Below, piece by piece: positions 40,345 through 49,360 of a stretch of 64,000 nt of DNA; the stretch's first letter is position 1, and every line of letters begins with the position of its first letter. The stretch is from contig JAQGDQ010000914.1 of assembly GCA_030141605.1 (NCBI GenBank), forward strand, positions 16,889-80,888, in the 5' to 3' direction. The stretch comes from Tubiluchus corallicola (taxonomy: Eukaryota > Animalia > Priapulida). The notes below the pieces were generated by a model that was not told the DNA's origin, did not search any database, and worked only from the letters and a program-made list of their open reading frames with translations. Both the position numbers and the translations under genes were made by a program.

Positions 40345-41023
40345 CACGCGCGCCGTTTGCCAGTATTGACAAGTATTAAGGACTGGTCTTGAGAATAAAG
40401 CAGTTTTTCTTTCAATTGTTCTTTCCTTTAACAACTGTATAACTCCATATTTTCTCTTCGAAAATGCGTCTCCGGCGTGCTAGCAGTTCAAAAATTTTCT
40501 GGGCGCGAACCATGGTGTGTGTGTCCGTCCCCCGGCGCTTTGCGACCCCCTCCGAGGGGGCCTCACACGCCCCACTTCCCCGGGCCTCGCTTAAGCTGAA
40601 ATAGGCCCTGATCACAAAAGTAAATTACATGTAGTATTAATTCTGAATTTTATATGAGTTTTGTCTGTACAATGTACAGTATGTGTATTTTAGCGACACA
40701 TTTTGACTAAAATAACTTGAAATCTTTTGTAACTGTCGTGAACGGACTGTTGCCAGAATTTAATACTTACTACTACTACTACTACTACTACTACTATTGT
40801 TGTTTAGGAAGAGGAGGAGAAAAAGAGGCTTGAAGCTGCACAAGAAGAAGAGAAAGCAAGGGCAGAGTTGGAGAAATTTGAGCGCATGATGAGTGGACCA
40901 AAGCGGAAGCCTCGCAAGAGAAAAGAGGTCGTGGAGAGCATCAGTTTTTGGAGGCGGTACTGGATCAGTATTGTTTTGTCTTGCTTTGTAGCTGTGGTTG
41001 CCTATTACGTCTTTCTTGTCTGA
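16816..41023 (+). CDS. NFXL1: NF-X1-type zinc finger protein NFXL1 (RING + NF-X1 zinc fingers + coiled coil + C-terminal TM); 18 coding exons, 887 aa
   Basis: Exons: 16816-16969, 18671-18826, 21245-21518, 22287-22465, 24505-24666, 24965-25065, 25346-25460, 26055-26170, 27581-27712, 29424-29514, 30513-30633, 32423-32579, 33088-33207, 36360-36494, 37131-37221, 38368-38513, 39796-39993, 40808-41023. All introns GT-AG; total 2664 nt in frame. N-terminus [53 protein letters not shown], repeated CGHxCxxxCHxGxCPPC, GPWE, terminal hydrophobic helix. Confidence 0.95.
17910..18578 (+). mobile_element. Kolobok-like non-autonomous DNA transposon (TTAA target)
   Basis: TTAA|AGGACAAGAAAA ... TTTTCTTGTGCT|TTAA. 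Related fragments at about 7100-7556 and, inverted, about 37385-37580. Confidence 0.7.
18850..19334 (+). mobile_element. MITE family A, copy 1 (CAGGGATGAGA TIRs, 6-bp TSD)
   Basis: TIRs CAGGGATGAGA/TCTCATCCCTG, flanks TAGTTT/TAGTTT, near-identical to three other copies. Confidence 0.9.
19408..20532. mobile_element. hAT-type non-autonomous element
   Basis: TIRs CAGTGCTATTCA/TGAATAGCACTG; 8-bp TSD CGCTAGAC/CACTAGAC (1 mismatch). Confidence 0.75.
20752..21212. mobile_element. Dispersed repeat family D, copy 1 (solo-LTR-like)
   Basis: Highly similar to 29609-30008 and more diverged 36740-37082. Begins near TGTAGAA, ends TTCCACA; no clear TSD. Confidence 0.7.
22519..23040 (+). mobile_element. 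Kolobok-like MITE family C, copy 1
   Basis: TTAA|AGAAAAACC...GGCCTTCCT|TTAA; an inverted homologous copy lies at 54022-54565. Confidence 0.8.
25591..25856. repeat. Degenerate (TTAGGG/TTAGGA)n array enclosed by 15-bp inverted repeats
   Basis: AGTTTACAATTCCCC (25591-25605) and GGGGAATTGTAAACT (25842-25856) flank about 200 bp of telomere-like hexamers. Confidence 0.85.
26257..26603. repeat. 23-bp minisatellite (CTTACTGTGTAGAAGACCCAGGG), about 15 copies
   Basis: Head-to-tail, near-identical units in an NFXL1 intron. Confidence 0.95.
28140..29070 (+). mobile_element. 5'-truncated, decayed LINE 3' end (CR1/L2-group ORF2 C-terminus plus 3' UTR)
   Basis: Translates to [14 protein letters not shown]...F KQEL...[16 protein letters not shown], then [17 protein letters not shown], with stops and frameshifts. 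Confidence 0.75.
29609..30008. mobile_element. Dispersed repeat family D, copy 2
   Basis: Colinear with 20752-21212, e.g. ATTCACTGGACCGTACAATTATACTAGGGGTGAGTTTA and ATAGATGGCAGCA. Confidence 0.75.
30810..31390 (-). mobile_element. LINE ORF2 3' fragment (RT-downstream region)
   Basis: ORF 30928-31284 (F..CS..VK.QLF.AYC..FYC...W..KLKVAYN...RKLF), preceded by KYLGHIL; A-rich tail on the minus strand near 30815-30850. Confidence 0.7.
31996..32256. repeat. 18-bp minisatellite (GTGGCTGACCTCACTACA), about 14 copies
   Basis: Tandem units; explains the ADLTTV/RSATVV ORFs. Confidence 0.95.
33890..35670. repeat. 30-bp minisatellite (AATTCGTCACTGAGAGTTAAACACCTCCCC), about 59 copies, in NFXL1 intron 13
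   Basis: Head-to-tail units with point variants; one 2-bp register shift near 34633. Confidence 0.97.
35984..36261 (+). mobile_element. tRNA-derived SINE
   Basis: A box (TAGTCTAGTGG), B box (GTTCGAACC), body ATACCAAAGACTTTAAAAATGGTAC typical of a widespread metazoan SINE core, (TTA)n tail. Confidence 0.75.
36740..37082. mobile_element. Dispersed repeat family D, diverged copy 3
   Basis: Shares TTTGCAC..AGTGTTTATT, TAGGGAGAG, CACTGGACCxTACAATTAT, ATAGATGGCAGCACCTAA and the TTCCACA end. Confidence 0.6.
38560..38724. repeat. 32-bp tandem repeat (TGGAATAAGTTGTGAGATTACGTGTAAATGCA), about 5 copies
   Basis: Visible tandem units. Confidence 0.9.
40217..40610 (-). mobile_element. hAT MITE family B, copy 1 (internal (CT)n)
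   Basis: TIRs CAGAGCCTATTTCA/TGAAATAGGCCCTG; perfect 8-bp TSD ATCACAAA. Confidence 0.9.
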
Positions 41024-41370
41024 ATTCGTTTAGCACTGATGACTGGTCAGTTATTTCAGTACTTGACTGGCTTACTGTCTGAATTCGTTTAGCACTGATG
41101 ACTGGTCAGTTATTCTAGTACTTGACTGGCTTACTGTCTGAATTCGTTTAGCACTGATGGCTGGTCAGTTATTCTAGTACTTGACTGGCTTACTGTCTGA
41201 ATTCGTTTAGCTCTGATGGCTGGTCAGTTATTTCAGTACTTGACTGGCTTACTGTCTGAATTCGTTTAGCTCTGATGACTGGTCAGTTATTCTAGTACTT
41301 GACTGGCTTACTGTCTAAATTCGTTTAGCACTGATGACTGGTCAGTTATTTCAGTACTTGACTGGCTTAC
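41017..41370 (+). repeat. 59-bp tandem repeat x6 beginning across the NFXL1 stop codon
   Basis: Unit TGTCTGAATTCGTTTAGCACTGATGACTGGTCAGTTATTTCAGTACTTGACTGGCTTAC; the first unit contains the TGA at 41021-41023. Confidence 0.95.
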
Positions 41371-41804
41371 TTGTTAAACTGATGTGGCAGCGTATTGTTT
41401 AGAACTGCTCCAATTCGTTAAACTGATTTCATTTTTTACGTTAGTATTTCATCGCTTAATGATGCTAATGTTTTCCAGTAAAATGCAACATTAACCGAAT
41501 CGTCGTTAAATGAACCATTTCTTCTGTGGACAAAAATGCAAAAGTTAAAGATGTGTTCTAAGGGTGAAAGTTGATAATTCATAGCAATAAGAATTTTTCT
41601 TTTATTTGCTTGTCGTTATACTAAAGGCTTTTTTACAACTTGCGTCAAAGTGGCTGCTAATGATTTCTTCTGCTATTTTACCTATAAAGTTCACGGAAAA
41701 ATACAGCGGAAAAATACAGAGTTGTTTTTCAATAGCGTAGATACAAATGGAGTGACTGGCGAATAGAACCCCAACCCAACAAGTAGGTGTGTATCATGGA
41801 ATAT

Positions 41805-42297
41805 CAGGGATGAGAATGACAAATTGCAAAAAACTCTGAAACAAGCCGGGGTTTGGGGGCCGTGTAGGCCCCCGTGGGGGTTCAAATTGCAATTTTGTGA
41901 CCATAGAGAGCCTCTAAGTGGACTTAAAATATCAATTACCTTGTTTCATGCATAATTTAAAATACCCAACTATCAAGGATACATGGACACCTACTTGTCT
42001 CAAAAACGCCTAAGTACTGGCCGCTCCTATGCAAAAGTATATAAAAACTGTCTGCAATTGACTCAAATAACTCTGCACAATTGATTCTATATTTTTATAC
42101 ATAGAGATATACACGTGGTTACACTGATGTACGTGATGTAAACAAAGTGATGGCCCGCCAACTAGCGGTCAGTTTGTGAAATAATGTACTGGGTCCGTAA
42201 AAATTTTCTCAACGAATTTATGCGATTTACAAAAATAGCACTACTGGTCTTCCAAAAACTCGGAATTCCACGTATCCGCGGAAAATTCTCATCCCTG
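41805..42297 (-). mobile_element. MITE family A, copy 2
   Basis: CAGGGATGAGAAT...ATTCTCATCCCTG; flanks GAATAT/TAATAT. Confidence 0.9.
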
Positions 42298-42727
42298 TAA
42301 TATAAGAGGCTTATATCACACAAGGCAGACTTACCATAATGTAGGCAACACATAAATCATGGATGTTTACCAGTGTCTGACAAACTGCTATACACACAGT
42401 GATTTGGGTTAGTAGTGGCTTCTTTATAGATAGCAATAAATCATATTTGCATAAGCACTTGGATAGGTAGCAACTTCGTTATTGAGTGTCAGCTTAACAA
42501 ATAGGTTGTAATGCTTAAGTATGGTCACAAACTTGTCGGTAAAGTGAAGTTTACTTCATCAAGTGAGAAATACGTGATAAAAGCTTGTTGTTGGTAAAAC
42601 GATTCATTGGAAAATCGGGAGTCGTTTAGTGGGGATGTATTTTAGGTGACCTACCCTATCGCTTCTGGTTGGTTTGAAGCATTGTTTAATTTTGTTCTCA
42701 AGTCTGTCATAAAAATTTTTTAAGGTA

Positions 42728-43198
42728 CAGTCAACCTCGGGTATAAGGTACTCGCTTATAAGGGACCACCAACACCAGTCCCGCTTTTTCGTAACGTTTT
42801 TCCTATGTAAAAAACTTCGTATGTAAAGTATGCGGATATAAGTGACTTTCGGTTATAAGGGACGATATCTTCAGGTCCCGCGTAATAAAAACCCAGATAA
42901 ATTTCCTCGCATATAAGGGACCCTACAATCAAAGCAAAATTGATTGATTTTTAACCTCAATTTTTCGCCTCAGCCTTCAAACAGCTCGGTTTCCGCAGTC
43001 ACATACATCTCGCATCACTGAAGGAGCTTCCTACATACCGTTTGCAATAAATGTGTAGCAATAATCCATAAAATTATTGGTAAAAGTACAGGTCTAGATT
43101 ACACCCTTGGTCTGATTCAACTTCGGCTATAAGGGACATCGGATATAAGGAACGGTTTTTTCCGGTCCCGAGGTGTCCCTTATATCCGAGGTTGACTG
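42728..43198. mobile_element. Tc1/mariner-pogo (Tigger-like) MITE
   Basis: TA|CAGTCAACCTCGGGTATAAGG ... CCTTATATCCGAGGTTGACTG|TA, with repeated internal TATAAGGGAC subterminal motifs. Confidence 0.9.
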
Positions 43199-44836
43199 TA
43201 GCAGTTGGTGAGCCATGTTTGTAATTGTGCAAACATCTTATTTGGAATGTCACGAGTCTCGCGCTTGAACATTTAAAAATGGTTTATCAGAGAATTTTGA
43301 TGATTTAACTAATTAAAGTTTTTCAACTGAATTTCAAATTATTAGGTCAGCCATGTTTAGAGACTAAACTTTTCTGTGATATTGTGACAGGCCTTTTATG
43401 TACTATAACTATGTAAAGTGTCAAAAAGAGATGTCACTATTGACTTGAAACATCATTAGCAATGTTGAAACGCCACTGTAACGTGTTTTTATATTTCTGC
43501 TCCTGACGAGGCAGACAGTAACTGAGGAAGATAATATGATGCATTTATGAGAGGAGGTGTCGTGGTTAATTAGCAGAATACACCAGGTGGTTCAACTCAA
43601 AGGCAGCGTGCTCACTTCCCACCCGGGAGGTCACGGTTTAAATTCCGACCAAAACGGTGCCGCCGGTTCTTCGACCAAGAACACGGGCTTATCGAAGTAA
43701 CATGCGGTTTATAATAATCGGGACCACCTTTGGGAATATGTATCGAGTTACTTAAGGTGTCATTCTTAGACTATCTCCTAAATGAAGTTATTGCTATTGT
43801 TAAAAGTCATTCGCATAGTAAACTCTTGTTTTTTCATAAACTTTTTATATTTGAACGTGTTCAGCATTTTTCTAAACAGCATTGAGTATTGTTACGTTCA
43901 GTATGTTGTTCAAGGCGTTTAAAAATTGAAATTGCAAGTTTTGCAAACGTTTCACTTGTTTATTTAAATTTGTTGTTGTTGTTAATACAATTATAAATGA
44001 CAATTTCAGTTGTTTGTATTGTTATTTTGTACGTATTTGTAAAGTTCACCTAATTCTGCTCGACTAGTTCCTAGCTAAGTTGAATTTGTTGGTCTACTAT
44101 ACTCATACATGTAAATAGGCTTTGCTCATTATAGCAATGTCAGCATGTAGCAATGTCCCCAGAGCTAAGTATACAGGCTACAGTTATAAGTTCAGCAAAG
44201 TTGACTAGAATTATAATGAAAATTGTTGCAAAGATATTGTAGTTTGTACGTATTGGAGTTTCTGTTAAACTGTTTGTATTAATTTGCAATCTGCAAAGAA
44301 TTTAATACAGTTTTATAATGGTTTTTGTAAAAACAAAGTTTCAGTATTTATTTCAGTGACCTGTAATTGTTTGATTGTAATAGTGATAATTATACGTCTC
44401 CACTTTAACGTGGTAAACAGCCATCGATGGTATGGCAAATGAAACAGCCAGAACACGTATTGATCCCAGTTGTCGCCCATCCGTTTACTGACCAGGTGTG
44501 ATGTTACTCAACTTCAGTGTATAAGCAGACACAATGACCAGTTGGCTCTTTAGCCTGGCCCAGAATGCAAGACAGAGAGAGAGAGAGAGAGAAGGGTTTT
44601 ATACGTCTTCATCTCTGCTTTCAATAAAATATGGATAGCTTTTAAATAATCTCACTACATACAAGTCAGTTTATGTTGATTAATAAATAATACATTATTC
44701 TTAGTGCAGCAAAAAACAAACAATTCTTACTAAACGGCACAAAATTGTAGGTGTGTCATAAAAATCTTGATTTTATCTTAAATTTTTTTACATAGTTATG
44801 CTTATTTACATGAACATTACAACAAATTTTTCGTGG

Positions 44837-47341
44837 TTACCTTCTATATCTGTACCGCTTGAAGTGAAACCACAACTGAAAAATGCCATTGTGAAACTGA
44901 CAGCGGAAGCCGCGCTTGTAGGAGTACTCCCATTCTCGATTGACAACCTTAAATGCAATGTCTTCGTACGGCGGCCCTGCGCGAAATCTCAACATGGCAA
45001 AATCCTTGTTTTCCGGAAGAGGAGTCAGAAAATATTCGGGCGTTGAAGATTTGTCTATTATGTCCGGGTAGAAAATGTTGAATTTATACCCCTGTACGAT
45101 TTTAGGTGGCGGGTTATCAAAATCGTAGTGGGTCTGGTTATATTTGTTCCACTCAAATCCGGTGTGAACGCGATTGAAGAAGCGCGGCTTTCTCGGCCGG
45201 TATTTATCCTGCCACAGGTAAGAGGTGTTGTCAAGCGGAACCTCGACACTGAATTGAGCCTCTTCGCCACTCATGCCTTTCCTGGCTTCTCGCTCAAAAG
45301 CGGCATCTTCTGCAGACATGACTCGACCTCTTTCGGAAATTTCCCGTCTCTTGAATTGCAACCTTTCCAAGTCTAACATGGCATCCATAATGACAGTGCC
45401 AAGATCTAGATCCTTTTCCTTAGTTAGTTTTGGGCTATATCTGCCGGCTTCGTATTCTTCGTAATAGTAATTATTAACAATATCTTCAGTTTCTTCTTTT
45501 CCTGAACTTTGATCACCGTCTGCCTCTTCAGAAATCTTGATAAATTCGGCTGTGCTGTCTTCATCCCGTTCTTCTTTCACAGTAACATCCATAACACTGG
45601 GTACTTCAACCGGTTGTTCCTCCGAGCTAATAGTAATGTCACGTTCACCTCGCAATTCTTCTGCTTCTCGCTTTACTATGAGGTCAGCAATAGCTTCTGA
45701 CTGCTTGAAAGATTTCGCTGTGGCCTTTGGTGAATTTGTCACACTTCTGGGCAAACTTGGTCCAGGGGAGGGTTGACTAGTGCTGCCCTCCTGTGCTATT
45801 ATTGGAAACAATGGCATACTTTCCACACCTTGTTCTTGCTTTAGCTGGAATAATTTTTTCCGCAACAAATCCTGATGTCGATCGCGGAGTCGTGCTTTTG
45901 CCATGTACGCTTGCAACTGCTGTAGTAAAGACTCCCAATATCCTATATCAATACCTTCTTCTCCACTCCGGATTTTACTAATAATCTGCTGCTGTAGTAT
46001 TGCGAGCTGATTTGATGTCTTTCCCCGGAATACTTTACTAATGTCTTGTCGAACAGCGTCATTAATGCCTTCCCGCCTGGTGCCCACATGTTCCTTATTC
46101 AGAGGATCAATTTTCCGTAACTTATTTAGTTCATCTTCTGTAACAATTGTCATGTCTTTCCAATAATCGAGATTGTGAGCATCATCTAAGTCCATATAAA
46201 CTTTAATATCCTCCAAAAGATCTTCTAGATCGCCAATTGTTAATCCAGTGAGATAAGTGTACGGCTCGTTCATTTCAACTGCTTCAGTTTCTTCGTCCGC
46301 AGTTATGTATTTGGCAAGTAAGTCAATGGGCTTTGCTCTTCCATCTTGAATACGGATTTTTGATCTAAGTTTTGCTTGCTGTAGATGAAATTTCTCTTCT
46401 TGTTGAGACCAGCCGGCAAACTGTTCAGATTCCTTTGTCCGTTGTAATAACTGCAGTTCCTCTTCTCTCTGCAAGCGCTCGTGTTCTCTTTGTAAGCGAG
46501 CTTGCTTCACCTTTTCCAATTCCCTTCTATTTTCCTCTAGGTTTTTCATGTTCATTTTGGCAATCTCTTGATTTGTCAATTCTTGAAGACCCTCGTGCTC
46601 TAGTTTCTTTTTCCACACAAATGTATCAAGTAACGTCGCATCTCCAAATGGGTTATCGGTGTTGGTGTATCCGAGGTAGTCTTTGTCCCAGCCCATTTTC
46701 ATACGTCGTTGTCGCTCTTTTGCTTCCTTTTTGGCTAGCCGCCTTGCTCGTTTTTCTTCTGGTGTTTCATTAAGCTTCATTAGTTCCTTTTGTTTTAGTT
46801 TCTCTTCTTTCGTAAGTGGTTTACTTTCCGGAATTCTACGCTCGCTTCCGTCGTCTAGTTCCTGTTCACTAGACGCCGAGTCACTATTATTCGATGACGT
46901 TTGTCGTTTAGTAGGTTTCTTTTCCTTGCGTCGTATTGACTCCGAACGCGACCGTGACCTCCTTTTCCTGTGGTTCATCTCTTGTTCACTAGACTCGTTA
47001 CTGTCGGACGAACTTCGTGGTCTCGCACGTTTGGTCTTTTTCTTGTGCTGCTTTGGCAGTGGACTATGTCTTGATCGTTTCTTACGATATTCTCGTGATC
47101 TTGATCGGCTCTGTCGTCGTCGACGAGTTTTTTCTTTCGTTCTGCTATGAGAGCGAGATCTGCGTCGAGCGGATGATCTCCTGATTTCATCAGAACTTGA
47201 CGCGGTATTTTTTGGTCGTCGCCTTGGCGATGGCGACGATTCAGAACTGGCACTCGAATTTTCAGAGGACTGTGAATGCTGGTGCCACTTTTTCTCATAT
47301 CTACTTCTAGATCTATCATAGTCAACGTGCGGTTTACCCAT
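44837..47341 (-). CDS. CACTIN: Cactin (spliceosome C-complex factor; Cactus/IkB interactor), 834 aa, single coding exon
   Basis: RS-rich N-terminus; ETPEEKRARRLAKKEAKER, GYTNTDNPFGD, FHLQQAKLRSKIRIQDGRAKPIDLLAKYI; C-terminal DKYRPRKPRFFNRVHTGFEWNKYNQTHYD...LWFHFKRYRYRR. Confidence 0.97.
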   Translation of the reverse strand: MGKPHVDYDRSRSRYEKKWHQHSQSSENSSASSESSPSPRRRPKNTASSSDEIRRSSARRRSRSHSRTKEKTRRRRQSRSRSREYRKKRSRHSPLPKQHKKKTKRARPRSSSDSNESSEQEMNHRKRRSRSRSESIRRKEKKPTKRQTSSNNSDSASSEQELDDGSERRIPESKPLTKEEKLKQKELMKLNETPEEKRARRLAKKEAKERQRRMKMGWDKDYLGYTNTDNPFGDATLLDTFVWKKKLEHEGLQELTNQEIAKMNMKNLEENRRELEKVKQARLQREHERLQREEELQLLQRTKESEQFAGWSQQEEKFHLQQAKLRSKIRIQDGRAKPIDLLAKYITADEETEAVEMNEPYTYLTGLTIGDLEDLLEDIKVYMDLDDAHNLDYWKDMTIVTEDELNKLRKIDPLNKEHVGTRREGINDAVRQDISKVFRGKTSNQLAILQQQIISKIRSGEEGIDIGYWESLLQQLQAYMAKARLRDRHQDLLRKKLFQLKQEQGVESMPLFPIIAQEGSTSQPSPGPSLPRSVTNSPKATAKSFKQSEAIADLIVKREAEELRGERDITISSEEQPVEVPSVMDVTVKEERDEDSTAEFIKISEEADGDQSSGKEETEDIVNNYYYEEYEAGRYSPKLTKEKDLDLGTVIMDAMLDLERLQFKRREISERGRVMSAEDAAFEREARKGMSGEEAQFSVEVPLDNTSYLWQDKYRPRKPRFFNRVHTGFEWNKYNQTHYDFDNPPPKIVQGYKFNIFYPDIIDKSSTPEYFLTPLPENKDFAMLRFRAGPPYEDIAFKVVNREWEYSYKRGFRCQFHNGIFQLWFHFKRYRYRR

Positions 47342-47587
47342 GTTTGTTCATGAAGCGTGGCACGTTGAGCGTTCTTTCAAAGACGCTTCAATACCTTACT
47401 TCTGCTGAATATCTTCACCGCTTTCTGGAAAAAAGTAAATTATTTAATTAATTTTCTTTACACAACTAGGTCTGGAAATTTCCATAAGCAACGTCTTCAA
47501 GAATCATCGATTATAATCCTATTCGTGAGGAAACTGTTTTGCAGGGTTCTTGTTAGTAAACTAATTTTACTGAATACAGTTATATAT

Positions 47588-48107
47588 CAGGGATGAGAAT
47601 GACAAATTGCAAGAAACTCTGAAACAGGCCGGGGGGTTGGGGACCACGTAGGCCCCCATGCGGGTTCAAGGAGGGTGAAGCCCCCATTGCAGCCAGCAAC
47701 AAATTGCAATTTCGTGACCATAGTCTAAGTGGACTTAAAATATCAGTTACCTTGTTTCATGTATAATTTAAAATACCCAACTATCAAGGATACATGATAC
47801 TTAATTGTCTCAAAAACGCCCAAGTACTGGCCGCTCCTATGCAAAAGTATATAAAAACTGTCTGCAATTGACTCGAATAACTCCGCTCATTTAATTCTAT
47901 ATTTTTATACATAGAGATACACACGTGGTTACACTGATGTACGTGATGTAAACAAAGTGACGGCCTGCCAACTAGCGGTCAGTTTGTGAAATAATGTACT
48001 GGGTCTATAAAAATTTTCTCAACGAATTTACGCGATTTACAAAAATGGCACTACTGGTCTTCCAAAAAGTCGGAATTCCGCGTATCCGCGGAAAATTCTC
48101 ATCCCTG
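47588..48107 (-). mobile_element. MITE family A, copy 3 (inside the predicted Cactin 5'-UTR intron)
   Basis: Same TIRs; flanks ATATAT/GTATAT. Confidence 0.9.
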
Positions 48108-48934
48108 GTATATGCCTTATACACAAGCAAACTACAATCACGTATAAAAACAGGTTTTCGTTGTTATTAATTAGGGAATTAATAATACACTAGCAAAGGC
48201 CCCGCAAAAAATTTTGCGTATAAACACACGTATAATCAATAATACGCGAACATTCTACCTAGCCCTCATTTATAACACAAAGCCCGTAACATCCTGCCTA
48301 CTGTTTGTTTACTTACCTAACGCAAAGCAGCTTTTACTGAATTAAAGCTATAAGCAGAGTACAATGGATGACGTCACAACAATGGCATTGCGTCAGCAGT
48401 TTTCTAAGAGAAAATTGCCGAAAATAGAACATCTAATTAACTCGCCAGCACTCCTCTCGGTGGACCTGTCCTAAAATGCAGCTCACATCATCGTGTAGCC
48501 CTGTCCTTCCTCTTTGTAAAGAGCCCCATATCTCCTTCCTAGAGTCCCACCGGGCGACGCTAGAACGTTTTTCCCGCATGCTGTTTGGTCAAAATTTCGA
48601 AAAAATCGCGAGTTGGGTCCGGGAAAACGCCCGTTGCGGGACCCCGTGGCCCTCTCGCGAATTCTAAATAGACCCATGACACCCACCGCTAAACGGGCTA
48701 TCTATCCATACCCAGCACCACCCTCGGCCCATTCCCGTTCTCCACATCTCAGCCGTATAACTTTTGCAAAAAACGGCCGAAAAATGGCCATTTTGGAGGT
48801 TTTTCGCCCCCCGTTCCTCCCGGTGGGCCCGATTCGAAAAATAAACCCCCAATGAGACGACACTAGATCGAGACCTTTCTTTTGATATATAGATCGCCGC
48901 AAATGGTGCCCTCGTCGAACCTGTAGCCTCGAAT

Positions 48935-48968
<34 letters not shown>

Positions 48969-49360
48969 AAGAATATTAATATAAGAGTATAGATAAGGTG
49001 TTAAAAATTCACTTAAGTGTTGCTATAGCTGTATTTTAGAATTGGAAATAAATGTATAAAGTGGGTAAGATAGCGCATAAACCAGTAACAATACTACCAT
49101 AAATTGCTATTCTAAACAAACACACCGAGCGAGTACACACACCCTATACAAACTCACAACATTAAGTAAACAAAGCATGAAGTGCAAGAGCACAGGCAGG
49201 TTAACAGTAGACCTATAAACACGGTGCTCAAGGACCCGAGTGGACAATGAATATATATTAATCCAAATCAGTTTAAAAACCGGTCTGTAAATTGTAAATT
49301 GCATTTTCACATGCAGCTTGCATTTGAGTGAAAGAATTCCAGCAAAAGAACAAACTAAAA

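Noticed and set aside
44798-47325. Several ORFs overlapping Cactin
   Set aside because: Antisense or alternate-frame shadows of the real CDS.
48430-48900. GC-rich ORF cluster upstream of Cactin
   Set aside because: Short overlapping ORFs with no recognisable motif; probably an unclassified repeat whose ends I could not define.
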